Positions 1-12,240 of a stretch of DNA of 64,000 nt are shown here, piece by piece. This stretch comes from Planctomycetota bacterium. GTDB taxonomy: Bacteria; Planctomycetota; B15-G4. Numbering within the stretch: the stretch's first letter is position 1; the number at the start of each line of letters is the position of its first letter. A program made the position numbers and the translations under genes. A model generated the notes under the pieces. That model had not been told where the DNA came from, made no database searches, and worked only from the letters and a program-made list of their open reading frames with translations. The DNA lies in assembly GCA_038212275.1 (NCBI GenBank), contig JBBQUR010000012.1, positions 1 to 64,000 of the forward strand, in the 5' to 3' direction.

Positions 1-1
1 C

Positions 2-811
2 GACCTGTTGCTGAAAGCGGTCCGGCACCACACGGACCTCCGGTGGATCGAGCTCTACGTGACGCGGTGGCTGAAAGCGCCGCGGCAGCGGGAAGATGGA
101 TCGCTGGAGGCCATGACGGCCGGAACGCCGCAGGGGGGTGTGATCAGCCCTCTGCTCGCCAACCTGTTCATGCACTATGCGTTCGACGCCTGGATGGGAC
201 GGCAGTTTCCTGCTGTTCCCTTCGAGCGTTACGCCGACGATGTCGTGATCCACTGTGTCAGCCTCGAACAGGCCCGGCATGTGCTGGAAGCTGTGCGGAG
301 GAGGCTCGAAGCGTGTCGGCTGCAGGTGCATCCGGAGAAGACGCGGATCGTCTATTGCAAGGATGATCGGCGTCCCGGGGACTACGGCGAACACGCCTTC
401 GACTTTCTCGGCTACACCTTTCGGCCACGCAGAGCCCAGCTTCGGGGACGACGTGGCTTCGTCGGATTCCTGCCAGCAATGAGCAACAAATCCGCCAAGC
501 GAGTCCGGGCGATCGTCCACGGTTGGCACCTTGCAACATGGAGCAACACCAGCACGCTGGCGGATGTGGCGCGTTTACTAAATCCGGCGGTTCGCGGTTG
601 GATGAATTACTACGGCCGCTTCTATCGGTCACGCTGCATCGACACGCTCGGACGCTGCCTGACATTCGCCCTCGTCAAGTGGGCGATGCGGAAATACAAG
701 CGACTGCGAGGCCACTGGGTCCGCGCATCTCGCTGGCTGGGCCGCGTCGCGGTCCGTCAGCAGGACTTGCTCGTGCTCTGGAGCCTCGGGGCGCGACCAG
801 CGGCTGGATAG
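2..811 (+). CDS. ltrA: Group II intron reverse transcriptase/maturase (5'-truncated by window edge)
   Basis: GTPQGGVISPLLANL, RYADD, FDFLGYTF and the maturase-domain LNPAVRGWMNYY motif; ends with no HNH endonuclease domain. Confidence 0.95.
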   Translation, partial: DLLLKAVRHHTDLRWIELYVTRWLKAPRQREDGSLEAMTAGTPQGGVISPLLANLFMHYAFDAWMGRQFPAVPFERYADDVVIHCVSLEQARHVLEAVRRRLEACRLQVHPEKTRIVYCKDDRRPGDYGEHAFDFLGYTFRPRRAQLRGRRGFVGFLPAMSNKSAKRVRAIVHGWHLATWSNTSTLADVARLLNPAVRGWMNYYGRFYRSRCIDTLGRCLTFALVKWAMRKYKRLRGHWVRASRWLGRVAVRQQDLLVLWSLGARPAAG

Positions 812-814
812 GAA

Positions 815-888
815 GAGCCGGATGACGCGAGAGTGTCACGTCCGGTTCCGTGAGAGCCTGAGGGTGAAACTCCCTTGGGCTACTCGAC
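815..888 (+). ncRNA. Group II intron catalytic domains V-VI
   Basis: 34-nt DV with AGC triad at 816-818 and GAGA loop; DVI stem with GAAA loop and bulged A before the terminal AC. Confidence 0.9.
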
Positions 889-2419
889 TGGCGACGCTGA
901 AAGCCTCGCCGCTGTTGACGTCCACGAACCGCGCCTGCAGCGCAGTGCCATACCAGAGGATGCCCTCCTGTTGGCGGCCCTCGCGTGAGCGGAAGGTGCT
1001 GGTCGAGGTCACGACCAGCACGTAGTCGGCACGACCCGCGAGGCGTGCGCGTGCCTCCGCAGAGAGGACGTCCGGCGCGAGCGCATCGGCAGGGCCGAGT
1101 TCACCCGCCAGCGCTGCCTGCTGCGATGGGAGCACGAGGAAGTGCAGCGCGCCGAGCGCTTCTTCGAGCGGAGCCTGCAGCGCCGACGGCTGCCGTCGAG
1201 GCGAGGGCGCGGTGCCTGGCCCGTCATCACGCTGCTGACGCGTGAGCACGGCGACGCGCGTCGAGGCTGCCGCGGGCGCCGAGATCGGCAGCGTCGTGAC
1301 CAGCGGCCCGAGCCGGCCGTCCACGGCGATTCCCGCCCGCAGCGGTCCCTGCGTCCCGGCCGACTGCGGGACGTGCAGCGTCGCGAGGCCGGTCGCGTCG
1401 GTGAACGCGAGCGCCACGTCGCCCTCACCGAGTCGGGCGGCGACGGGGAGGTCGGGGAGTGGCGCACCATCCCAGCGCGCGCGCAGCACGAGCGCGTCGA
1501 GTTGACCGGACAGGCGCAGTCGTGGGGGCTGATCGGCCAGGTCCAGGTCGAGGCGATCCGCAACGTCCGCGGAGCGTGCGCGCGCCTGGTCGGAGAGCAT
1601 GGCCAGCTCCGAGACGAGTTCGCGCTGCGCACCCGTCGAGTGGCCGGCGGCAGCGGCAACCAGGGGAAGGCGGGCTCGCGCCAGCTGCAAGGCCTCATCG
1701 GCGGCCAGCGCGGCGACCGCGCCGCGCGGGACGTCGTGGCTGGCGAGGCCGGGCCCCGGCTCGGGCGGCGTCGCGTCGCCCGTGCGGGGCCTGTCGGGGC
1801 GCGTGACTCCGTTCGGCGCGAGCGCGATCCCTGTCTCGGCCTGCTGCAGTTGCCGGCGTGCGGTGTCCAGGGCGTCGCGCACCTCGACAGTCAGTTCTCG
1901 CACGAGTTCGTCGCGTGGGATGCGGGCCAGCGCCCACGTGACGGCGGCGCCCTGCTGAGTGCCGCTGGCAAGCTCGAACTGCGCGCCCCGGAGCAGCGCG
2001 GCGCTCGTGACGGTGATCGTGCGCTGCCTGTCGGTGCGCGCCACGGCGGTCTCCCGGTCCGAGCCGTCGCGACGAGTCTGTTCCAGCGTCTCGGAGTCGT
2101 GGCTCGTCGTCTCCGAGGTGACTTGCGCCGAGAGTTGCTGGAGCACGGCAGCCAGCGCGCGCTGCCGGGCAGTCTCTGCGGCCTCGGGCCCACGACCCGG
2201 AGCGCTGCCGACGCCGAGAAGGTCCGCGGCCATCTCTGCCTCGCCGAAGCGGCCATCGACCCAGTCCGGACGACCTGAACGATCCGCAGGCGTGGCACAT
2301 CCGGCCATGAGCACCGCGAGCGCACCTGCCGCAGCTGCAAGCGCCCACCTCGACCGTGGACAGCAGCTTCGCCGCGTTCCTCGGGCCTGCGGGAAGTCCC
2401 CTGCCAGCTCAGCGGACAT
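836..2419 (-). CDS. LPP20-like lipoprotein, 3' end interrupted by the antisense group II intron
   Basis: Hydrophobic stretch and lipobox (ALAVLMAG-C), then RPDWV...GVG...AETARQRALAAVLQQLSAQVTS, typical of LPP20 domains. The last ~17 codons are read from the intron antisense strand. Start is uncertain. Confidence 0.7.
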   Translation of the reverse strand: MSAELAGDFPQARGTRRSCCPRSRWALAAAAGALAVLMAGCATPADRSGRPDWVDGRFGEAEMAADLLGVGSAPGRGPEAAETARQRALAAVLQQLSAQVTSETTSHDSETLEQTRRDGSDRETAVARTDRQRTITVTSAALLRGAQFELASGTQQGAAVTWALARIPRDELVRELTVEVRDALDTARRQLQQAETGIALAPNGVTRPDRPRTGDATPPEPGPGLASHDVPRGAVAALAADEALQLARARLPLVAAAAGHSTGAQRELVSELAMLSDQARARSADVADRLDLDLADQPPRLRLSGQLDALVLRARWDGAPLPDLPVAARLGEGDVALAFTDATGLATLHVPQSAGTQGPLRAGIAVDGRLGPLVTTLPISAPAAASTRVAVLTRQQRDDGPGTAPSPRRQPSALQAPLEEALGALHFLVLPSQQAALAGELGPADALAPDVLSAEARARLAGRADYVLVVTSTSTFRSREGRQQEGILWYGTALQARFVDVNSGEAFSVASRVAQGSFTLRLSRNRT

Positions 2420-2605
2420 GAGTTTCAACAGTTCGATGCGCGGATCCCCCGGAATGGAGCGTGCTGGTGCGTGGCGGGTGGGTAGCCGAGGCGGATGCGA
2501 AGGTCCGCAGGCCATGCGCACGACCTCGCGCGCCGTGCGTCGTGCGCAGCTTGCTATGTTAGCGACGTGCACCCCGGACCACCGCAGGGAACAGCGAAGA
2601 GCGCC

Positions 2606-4183
2606 ATGGGGAGCGAGCCAGCACGCGAGAAGCCGGGCGACGTGGCCCTGTGGCGAGCTGCCGTCGTCCTCGCCCTGGCGGTCGCGATGGTGGGGCTCGT
2701 CGCGGCCGGGTCGGGGCCGTTCGAGCGGGGGTGGCTGGGTCACAACGGCGCGCGCTACGCGATCATTGCGCGCAACCATGCGCGGCTGGGCCTGACATAC
2801 CTCGGAGGCGCGCCGCTCATCAGCTCCGGAATGCCGGCGCCTGCACACGAGGGCGTCGCGATGCCATCGTCCGGCGGCGCCGAAATCTACGCACATCACC
2901 CGCCCGCGCTGGGCTGGGTGATCGCGCTCATCTTCCGGCTCGTCGGCGTCAGCGAGGCCGCGGCGTGTGCAGTGCCCATCGTGTCCACTGTGCTCCTGCT
3001 GCTGCTGTTCGCGCTGCTCGTGCGGCAGACAGCCGGCGCGCGGGCCGGCGCCTTCGCCGTGCTGGCTGCCGCGGCGCAACCCATGCTGTCGGTCTACGGC
3101 AGTCACGTGGATGTCCAGGGAACGCCGGTGCTTCTGCTCTCCGTGGCAACGCTCGCCGGATACCGGCACTGGTTGCGCGGCGGCAGCGTGGCATGGATGT
3201 TGTGCGCCGCTGCGCTGGCCTCGGGATTCGACTGGTATGGCCTCTACATGCCCGTGGCGTGCGCGGCGCATCTGCTCTGGACGCGGCGCCGCGTGGGGGC
3301 GGCGACAGGGCTGGCGCTGTGGTCGCTGGGCCTGTTCGGTTTCTGGCTGGCGTGGCTGACCTCGTTGCCGGGTGTCGAGTGGGGCGAAGTCGTGAGTGCG
3401 GCAGGCGTTCGTGGCGCGCTGGCGCTGAGTGGCTCCGAGGGCAAGCTGGGAGCGCAGGTGGCGGCCTGGTATTCGGAAACGCTCGCCTTGATGCCGGTGT
3501 GGCCGGCCTTGCTCGGAGTCACGGCGTGGGTGGCCTGGCTGCTGCGGCATCTCGCGCCCTGGCCAGCCGAGTCGGAGGAAGGCGCTGGGGAGCCGCTGAG
3601 TCCCAGTTGGCTGATCCTGCTCCTGCTGGCGCCACCGGTGGTGCATGCAGCGCTCTTCCCGGCCGGCATGCTTCAGCACGGCTACTGGCTCTTCGGGCTT
3701 CCCCTGCCGATCGCCGCAGGCGTCGGAATCTTCCTGTCCGCATGGCCTCCCGGGCTGGCGTGTCTGGCCACAGCCTCCCTGCTGCTGCTGGGGGCTTACA
3801 GGGGGCAGCAACTGCTGGAGGTCAGGGATCCGCTTCCCAGGCTGATCGGTGAGGAACTCGCCACGCATACGGCGCCCGGAGACGTCATCTTCACCAACTA
3901 CGACACGAATCCCTTCGTGCCGGGCCGGGCGGACGACAGCTACGTGCTCATGCGGCCGGAGGTCGCCTTTTACGCGGATCGGGTCGTGCGAGGGGGGCTG
4001 GGTACCGCGGAGGAACTGACCGCTGGCCTCGCGCGGCGACCGGACGCCGGCTGGTTTCTGCTCGTGCCCTGGCCGGCCGAGCCGCCTCCGGCCTTGCCGG
4101 ACGCGCTGCGTGCGATGGCGATCGGCGATCCGGTGCAGTTCCCGGACGACCCCCGTGTTTTCCTCTATCGTCTGGCGCCTTGA
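2606..4183 (+). CDS. ArnT/PMT (GT39/GT83)-like membrane glycosyltransferase
   Basis: Multi-TM protein with YAIIARN and YAHHPP motifs and a C-terminal soluble domain. Confidence 0.7.
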   Translation: MGSEPAREKPGDVALWRAAVVLALAVAMVGLVAAGSGPFERGWLGHNGARYAIIARNHARLGLTYLGGAPLISSGMPAPAHEGVAMPSSGGAEIYAHHPPALGWVIALIFRLVGVSEAAACAVPIVSTVLLLLLFALLVRQTAGARAGAFAVLAAAAQPMLSVYGSHVDVQGTPVLLLSVATLAGYRHWLRGGSVAWMLCAAALASGFDWYGLYMPVACAAHLLWTRRRVGAATGLALWSLGLFGFWLAWLTSLPGVEWGEVVSAAGVRGALALSGSEGKLGAQVAAWYSETLALMPVWPALLGVTAWVAWLLRHLAPWPAESEEGAGEPLSPSWLILLLLAPPVVHAALFPAGMLQHGYWLFGLPLPIAAGVGIFLSAWPPGLACLATASLLLLGAYRGQQLLEVRDPLPRLIGEELATHTAPGDVIFTNYDTNPFVPGRADDSYVLMRPEVAFYADRVVRGGLGTAEELTAGLARRPDAGWFLLVPWPAEPPPALPDALRAMAIGDPVQFPDDPRVFLYRLAP

Positions 4184-4363
4184 GCGGGCAGGAGCCGGCC
4201 GGGTCTCGCAAACTGCTGGAATCCGCGATATCGTCCCGGGTTTTCCCCGCGCGGCTCAGCCGCGTCCTCGCGGGGCGGCAGGTGACCCTGCGGCAATCAC
4301 CATGGCCCCCCCACGAGTCGCGTGGCGTCAGTCTTTCCCGGCGCCACTGCAGGACGTTCATCC

Positions 4364-5650
4364 ATGCCCGCTCCCCCCGCAGCTCAGCGCCCGCGGAACC
4401 TCAGCAATCAGGACAACCCCTTCGACGACATGGTCGCGAGGTTCGATCATGCGGCGGAACTGCTCGAACTTGATCCGGGGCTGGCCAAGATCCTGAAGAC
4501 GCCGGAGCGCGAGCTCAAGGTGGCCATTCCGGTGCGGATGGACAACGGGACCTATGAGGTCTTCGAGGGCTGGCGCATCCAGCACAACTCGTCGATGGGC
4601 CCGTGCAAGGGCGGCATCCGTTATTCGCCGCTGGTGCACGTGGACGAGGTCCGCGCCCTCGCCGCCTGGATGACGTGGAAGTGCGCCGTCGTCGCGGTGC
4701 CTTTCGGCGGCGGCAAGGGCGGCATCAAGTGCGACCCGAAGACCATGTCGAAGGGCGAAATCGAGCGCATGACGCGCCGATACACGACCGGAATCCTCGA
4801 CATCATCGGCCCGGACAAGGATGTGCCGGCGCCGGACATGAACACGAACGAACAGACCATGGCGTGGATCATGGACACGTACTCGATCCACGCGCGGCAT
4901 ACGGTCACGGGCATCGTCACTGGCAAGCCGTGGGGGCTGGGCGGCTCGCTCGGTCGGCCCGCCGCCACGGGACGCGGCATGCTGACGATGGTGCGCGAAG
5001 CCTGTCACGAGTTGAAGCTCGACCTTGCCAGGGCGAGCGTGGTCGTGCAGGGATCGGGAAACGTCGGCGGCACGGCTGCGCGCCTGCTGCACGACATCGG
5101 TGTCAAGGTGATCGGTATCTCGGACATCGACACGGCCGTGATCAACACCAAGGGCCTCGACATTCCCGCCCTGCTTGCCTTTCAGGCGAAGAAGGGAACG
5201 ATCAAGGGAAGCAGACTCGGGGACACGTGCACGAACGAAGAATTGCTCACGACGAAGTGCGAGATCCTCATTCCGTCGGCAACCGAGAACCAGATCACGG
5301 AGAAGAACGCGGGCAAGCTGAAGACGCGCATCATCGTCGAGGGTGCGAACGGGCCGACCACCGCAAAGGCCGACAAACTCCTCGACGCTGCGGATGTCTT
5401 CGTCGTGCCCGACATCCTCGCGAATGCAGGCGGCGTCGCCGTGAGCTATTTCGAGTGGGTGCAGGACCGCATGGGATATTTCTGGGAGGAGGAACAGGTG
5501 AACGAGCGCCTCGAGAATCTCATGCGCAAGGCCTTCGGACAGGTGCTCGCCCGCTCCCGTGCAAGCAAGGTGGACATGCGTACTGCCGCCTACATGGAGG
5601 GAATCAACCGCGTCGCGTCGTTCACGCGGATGCGCGGGTTGTACCCGTGA
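4364..5650 (+). CDS. gdhA: Glutamate dehydrogenase (Glu/Leu/Phe/Val dehydrogenase family)
   Basis: [34 protein letters not shown] and [17 protein letters not shown] motifs. Confidence 0.93.
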   Translation: MPAPPAAQRPRNLSNQDNPFDDMVARFDHAAELLELDPGLAKILKTPERELKVAIPVRMDNGTYEVFEGWRIQHNSSMGPCKGGIRYSPLVHVDEVRALAAWMTWKCAVVAVPFGGGKGGIKCDPKTMSKGEIERMTRRYTTGILDIIGPDKDVPAPDMNTNEQTMAWIMDTYSIHARHTVTGIVTGKPWGLGGSLGRPAATGRGMLTMVREACHELKLDLARASVVVQGSGNVGGTAARLLHDIGVKVIGISDIDTAVINTKGLDIPALLAFQAKKGTIKGSRLGDTCTNEELLTTKCEILIPSATENQITEKNAGKLKTRIIVEGANGPTTAKADKLLDAADVFVVPDILANAGGVAVSYFEWVQDRMGYFWEEEQVNERLENLMRKAFGQVLARSRASKVDMRTAAYMEGINRVASFTRMRGLYP

Positions 5651-5761
5651 GGCCTGCCGGCATCTGACTGCATCAGCACGACCCACGCCCGGCGTTCCCG
5701 CCGGAGCGACAACCTACACGTTGGCGGCGCCGGCCTGCCCGCGCACCAACCAGGACAGAAA

Positions 5762-7579
<1,818 letters not shown>

Positions 7580-7677
7580 TCGGCGGCTTCGACGGGAGCA
7601 ACGGACTGGGGTTCGGGCCGGCAGTTACCGGCTTCAAGCAGCCGGAAGCGACTCCGACGTCGCGAGGCGGCAGGCGA

Positions 7678-9012
7678 TCAGTTACCGCCGCCTCCGCCTA
7701 CGGTCCCGGACACGCTCACCTTCGTCTTGCGCCATGCTTCGCGCTTCTGAGGCAGGTCCGGTTCCGTGGCCAGGAGTTGCTTCTCGGTCTTCCTGTCGAG
7801 CTTGAATCCGCGCTCGTAGAGGATGAAAGGCATGTGCGGCTTGATACAGGATGAACAGGTGTACTTCTTGTCCATCTGCTCGCGCGGAACCTTGAAGTTG
7901 GCCATGCGCCGCAGGTAGCGATACGTCTCGCCGTTCCAGAATTTCTCGAACTCAGCGGGCGTCTGACCCGTGAAGTGCGGCAAAGTTCGGTCGGTGAAAT
8001 GGCCAAGGTCATGGCTCGGCTCGGTCGTCCCGTCGCAGCACGGAAGGATGCCACCATCCCAGTTGAAAAAGATGCTTCGATACAGCCAGGAACAGGTGTT
8101 CACGGCGGCGGTCGGCTGTTTCTTCATGGCGACAACTTCGCCGCGTGCCACAGCTTGGGCATCAGCGCTCATGTGCACGCCCGGACTCGCATTCACGGCG
8201 CCCTCGCCGCGATTTGCATCAGCCAGCTCGTCGTCGCGTCGCGGCCTCCATTCCTCCTTGTGCTCGGCCGGAATGTTGGGGTTGATGAACCGGATGGCGT
8301 TCACCCCGAGCTCCTTCGCCATCTGCCGGGCCTTCGGGATCTCGTGCTGGTTGTGGCTGAATCGGAGGAATTGCCAGTCCACGAACGGGAGCTTCCGGCC
8401 AAGCCGCTTCTTGGCATCGCAGATAGCCTTGATGTTTTCCTGGGTGCGCCAGAAATCGCCGCCGCGGTTGTACTTGATGTACGTCTCGGGGCTGGCGCCG
8501 TGGCAGCTCACGATCAGGTGTTCGAGGCCAGACAGCACCAGCTTCTCGGCGTTCTCCTTCTTGAACGCGGAGAGGTTCGCGCTGATGGTCACGCCGATGT
8601 TGCGGTCTGCCGCGTAGCGGATCATGTCGTAGATATCCGGGTAGAGCACCGGCTCACCGGATCCGTAGAGATTCAACCGCATCGCGGTGGGCGCCATCAC
8701 ATCGATGACCTTCTGGAAGCACTCAAGGTGCATCTTGCCAAACCCGCGGCCATCGTCGTCGATCTTGGTTCGGTCCCTATCGAGACAGAAGGGGCAGTGC
8801 TGGTTGCAAATGTTCGTGCTCTCGATCTTGAGCACGTAAGGAAAGCCATTCACGGCTTCGTTTCCGCGGAAGCGGGCCCACTCGACTTTCGCAAAGTTCA
8901 GGGCACGACGAGGCGTGAGGTGCCTGCTCAGCGAGAACGCATATCGGCTCAGAATCTTGGCGTTCGTGAGCGTCGGGCCGGTGGTGGCGAGTACGAAGTT
9001 GAATACTTTCAT
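7678..9012 (-). CDS. Radical SAM protein with SPASM/twitch-like C-terminal domain
   Basis: CNQHCPFC (CX3CX2C), GSGEP motif, C-terminal CSWLY...PCC...CSSC. Confidence 0.88.
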   Translation of the reverse strand: MKVFNFVLATTGPTLTNAKILSRYAFSLSRHLTPRRALNFAKVEWARFRGNEAVNGFPYVLKIESTNICNQHCPFCLDRDRTKIDDDGRGFGKMHLECFQKVIDVMAPTAMRLNLYGSGEPVLYPDIYDMIRYAADRNIGVTISANLSAFKKENAEKLVLSGLEHLIVSCHGASPETYIKYNRGGDFWRTQENIKAICDAKKRLGRKLPFVDWQFLRFSHNQHEIPKARQMAKELGVNAIRFINPNIPAEHKEEWRPRRDDELADANRGEGAVNASPGVHMSADAQAVARGEVVAMKKQPTAAVNTCSWLYRSIFFNWDGGILPCCDGTTEPSHDLGHFTDRTLPHFTGQTPAEFEKFWNGETYRYLRRMANFKVPREQMDKKYTCSSCIKPHMPFILYERGFKLDRKTEKQLLATEPDLPQKREAWRKTKVSVSGTVGGGGGN

Positions 9013-9925
9013 GGGTGCGTCAAGATAACCCGCTTCGTCATGGGCGGCAAACGGCGGAATCGTTGGTGCTTGGCGCTGCCACGGACTGCCACGGGTTTGC
9101 CGGAGGCCGCCCGATAGACTGTTGACCGATTAGCCCGAAGAGTTGGGATGGTCTTCGATCACGGAGCCTGCGCCACCGCAAGCCACCTGTAGATGCATGA
9201 ACTCGGTTGCGAGCACGAGGGGCGGCGTGCGCGGTGCGATACGATGGCCGCTCTCCCACCATGGCCGACGGAATCGTCGACGCACTCACCGTCCGTCGGT
9301 CGAACGTCGGGCAGGGGGCGGATGAGCGCTGCGCGTCAGGGCATGGGCAGCCGTCTGGAAGTATCGGAAGTCGGTGCCGGAACTGGAGTGCATGCGCGGC
9401 GTTCGAGCCACGTCGGGTTGGTTCTTGCCGCGCCTGTCCTTGCAAGTGACTGGCTTCAAGAACTCGGGGGCGCAGCTCAGGGGGAAGTATCGTTTCGTCC
9501 GACGGACTGCCGATCGCACACCTTGATCCCCGGGGCATCTCAGAGCGCGAGTAAGCCGAAGGCGAGGCAAGGGGCCTCGACGCCTGCGCCTGGGAAGCCG
9601 GCTGATGCCCCCATGCGAGAGTGGATCCATGAAGCCTTGCTCGTGCCGATCCTGCAGGTTGCGCCTGTGTAGCCATTCCTCAGAGTGAGGGCACCAGTCG
9701 GGCGAGGCCGGTCGATCGCGCCGATGTTCAGCGAAACATGGCTTTTCACAGGCTGTTGAAGGGCGCGACAAACTGACAGGCTTCCGGCGTCGCTGCGTTG
9801 TCGGAATCCAAGCATGCTGCCCTGCCGCCCTGCGTGACGGGCGATTGCGCCTTGACGTTTCCGCAACACAGGATTTCCGCGATGGTCCTCGCGAGATGCC
9901 ACAGTGATGCAACCGATGCGTGACG

Positions 9926-11881
9926 TCAGAATCCCAGGTCGAGCAAGTCGTCGATCGCGATCGGACGAGCCAGGTAGTTGTCGCCTGCTGCAAGTCGAGA
10001 AAGGGCGGGTCGGCGGTCGGCATCGAACAACTGACCGACTGCAGTGACTGCATAGGCGGTGGTCACGCCCATCGGTCCCTGATGGTGGATCAGGTCGAGC
10101 AGCGGCCCGGCTGCGTTTGAATCTCCCATGAATGCAACACCGATCGCCGCATAGCTGGCGACGTACGGGTTGTTGGTCGTGCGGATGAGCTCCAGCAAAG
10201 CCGGAATCGACGCGCTGTCACCCAGAATTCCGAGCGCCAATGCGGTCTGTCGAAGCACGTCCACGTTCGTTGTCGTGGCGAGCGAATCCCTGAGCGGGCC
10301 AGCCGCCGACGCGTTGCCCGAGAGGCCGAGCGCCAAGGCTGCCGCACCTGCGATGTTCAATCGGCCTCGGCGAAGGGCCTCTGCCAAGACGGGCAATCCC
10401 TCGTCCGACCGACCCAGCCCGATCGCCAGCAGGCACGCAGCTTGCGAATCGGTGTTGCTCTCTTCCTTGAAGCGGCTGATGAGCAGTGGCGTCACCGAGT
10501 CGGACGGCGTCGTCCGTTCGCAGAGACCGAGTGCCAGGGCAAGCCATGGGCGCATGTCGTCACGCGGCTTCTTGAAGGCAGTCAGCAGGTGCGAACAGGC
10601 GATCGGGCCGCCAATTCTGCCAAGTGAAACTGCCGCAAAGTGTCGGGACACGGCATCGGACTCGTGGCTGAGCATCTCGCCCAGGCGATCGATGACTCGT
10701 GACGCACCCGCGTGCCCGACAAGACCCAAGGCCACCGTCGCGGCGCGACGAGCCCCGAGATCAGCCTCCAGCAACTCCATGAGAGCCGGAGTGACTGACG
10801 GGTCGCCGATGCGGCCCAATGCCCCGATCGCTGCCGACCGCACGCCCTGAGACAGGCCCTTGTCGAAGGCGATTCCTATGAGTGGGCGAATGGCCTCCGC
10901 TGAGCCCATGAGGCCAGCCGCGCCCGCCGCCATGGAGAGCAGTTCCGGATTGATCCCATCGTGCTCCGTGAGCATCTGCAACAGGAGCGGTTCCGTGGCA
11001 TGATCGCCACGAAGCGCCGCGGTCAGCAGCGCGACACCGCGGTCATCCACTGCGATCGGCGAACTGCTGACGAGGGATCGGCCCGCTCGGCTGTCATCCG
11101 CAATGTTCATGAGCAACCAGGAGGCGCGCCCCGAGTCGAGCACTCCAAGGGAGAGCATCGAGGATCGTCGGACGTCCAGACTCGCATCATCCAGGCTGCC
11201 CCTGACGAGGTCGATGGAAGGTTCGTCGTGAAGCTTGCCGAGCGAGACGATTGCTGCCGAACGGACGGTTGCATCCTCTGAATTGCTCAGTTCACGCAAT
11301 ACCGGGATGACCTGCTCCCGAATTCTCAGCCGGACCGATGCGAGCCTCAGCTCCCGCTGGATCGGCGTTTCCGGTTCAACGCCTTGACCGGTGCGGGCAG
11401 CATCTTCGATGCGGTGAAGTTCGATGAAGTCGAACTTGTTCGCCTCCCACCAGCTCTCCCAGCGGTCATCTTCCAGAGTCAGTGTCGTGGCGCCTGCCGA
11501 GCTACCACCGCGCCCTGTGTCGCCACCCCGAGAGGAGGCCCCGGCAGCTGCCCCATGAGGCGAGGAGTCGTTGTTGCGGCCTTTGGCGGACTGCGATGCG
11601 CCGTTCGAGCCCGATCCATCGCTGCCGCTCGTTCCGCCATTCCCCGAAGGATCGTCAGAGGGGGTCCCGGCATCATTGGGGGGCGTGTAGACACCTCCCG
11701 AACCTGAACCTGTAGCTGGCTTGAATGGGGACGACTTGAACTTCTTCTCGGACGTGCCAATGGGTCTACCGGCCGTTTGAGCTTCAGCAGCAGATGAGAG
11801 CAGTCCTGCGATTGCGACAATCGCCAACGCGGCCCGCCAATCGGGCAGAAATCGAGCGTTTTCAGCGAGCCTGGTCGTCAT
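9926..11881 (-). CDS. Exported HEAT/PBS-lyase repeat protein
   Basis: Signal peptide (AALAIVAIAGLLSSAAEA-Q), Gly/Ser linker, WESWWEAN motif and many VR-AA--ALG repeats. Start chosen by eye. Confidence 0.8.
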   Translation of the reverse strand: MTTRLAENARFLPDWRAALAIVAIAGLLSSAAEAQTAGRPIGTSEKKFKSSPFKPATGSGSGGVYTPPNDAGTPSDDPSGNGGTSGSDGSGSNGASQSAKGRNNDSSPHGAAAGASSRGGDTGRGGSSAGATTLTLEDDRWESWWEANKFDFIELHRIEDAARTGQGVEPETPIQRELRLASVRLRIREQVIPVLRELSNSEDATVRSAAIVSLGKLHDEPSIDLVRGSLDDASLDVRRSSMLSLGVLDSGRASWLLMNIADDSRAGRSLVSSSPIAVDDRGVALLTAALRGDHATEPLLLQMLTEHDGINPELLSMAAGAAGLMGSAEAIRPLIGIAFDKGLSQGVRSAAIGALGRIGDPSVTPALMELLEADLGARRAATVALGLVGHAGASRVIDRLGEMLSHESDAVSRHFAAVSLGRIGGPIACSHLLTAFKKPRDDMRPWLALALGLCERTTPSDSVTPLLISRFKEESNTDSQAACLLAIGLGRSDEGLPVLAEALRRGRLNIAGAAALALGLSGNASAAGPLRDSLATTTNVDVLRQTALALGILGDSASIPALLELIRTTNNPYVASYAAIGVAFMGDSNAAGPLLDLIHHQGPMGVTTAYAVTAVGQLFDADRRPALSRLAAGDNYLARPIAIDDLLDLGF

Positions 11882-12240
11882 GGCGCGAAGCATAGTCCAG
11901 TAGTGCGGCGGAAAGGATTCTCGGCTGTCCCGTGACTGCCTCGGTCCCCGGGGTACAGGCTTGACGACGGACCTATCGGTCGGCATCCGACAGGTCGGAT
12001 TGCCGGGCAAATGCGCAAGAACCCGCTTGAATCTCCGGCGGCTGTTGTCGCTCCCGCATGGGGCAGCCCAGGCGCGACCAGCGGTACCCGTTTGCTAACC
12101 GGTCGTCGATCCGCCCGAGGAGGCTGACTAGCGGTCTCACGGGGCAACGCGGCGACCGAACCCGAGCCCGAGGCTGAGGGGGCTCAAGTCGCACCGCCCG
12201 CACGACGACAGACCGCCCCATACACCTCGGAGCGGCACCC

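Larger units (their letters stand above)
1..888 (+). mobile_element. Group II intron, 3' portion (5' end outside the window); endonuclease-less type, probably class D-like
   Basis: RT/maturase ORF is followed immediately by the domain V hairpin GAGCCGGATGACGCGAGAGTGTCACGTCCGGTTC (815-848) and domain VI ending ...GGGCTACTCGAC (~888). Confidence 0.93.

Noticed and set aside
1..888. RT as a retron, DGR or defence RT
   Set aside because: The maturase domain and adjacent DV/DVI identify a group II intron; no TR/VR pair or msr-msd was seen.
2420..3868. N-terminal half of the 1010-aa minus ORF 836..3868
   Set aside because: It is the shadow of the GT39-like gene; protein-like sequence with a lipobox begins near 2419.
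4358..5686. 442-aa antisense ORF mirroring gdhA, and similar long shadow ORFs (e.g. 45066-48161, 60107-63994, 27666-30611, 18730-20760)
   Set aside because: Expected stop-free antisense or alternate frames of high-GC3 genes; Arg/Ala-rich with no recognisable motifs.
12083..12096. Sigma54-like GGTACCCGTTTGCT upstream of the pilins
   Set aside because: GG-to-GC spacing is 9 nt rather than the required 10.
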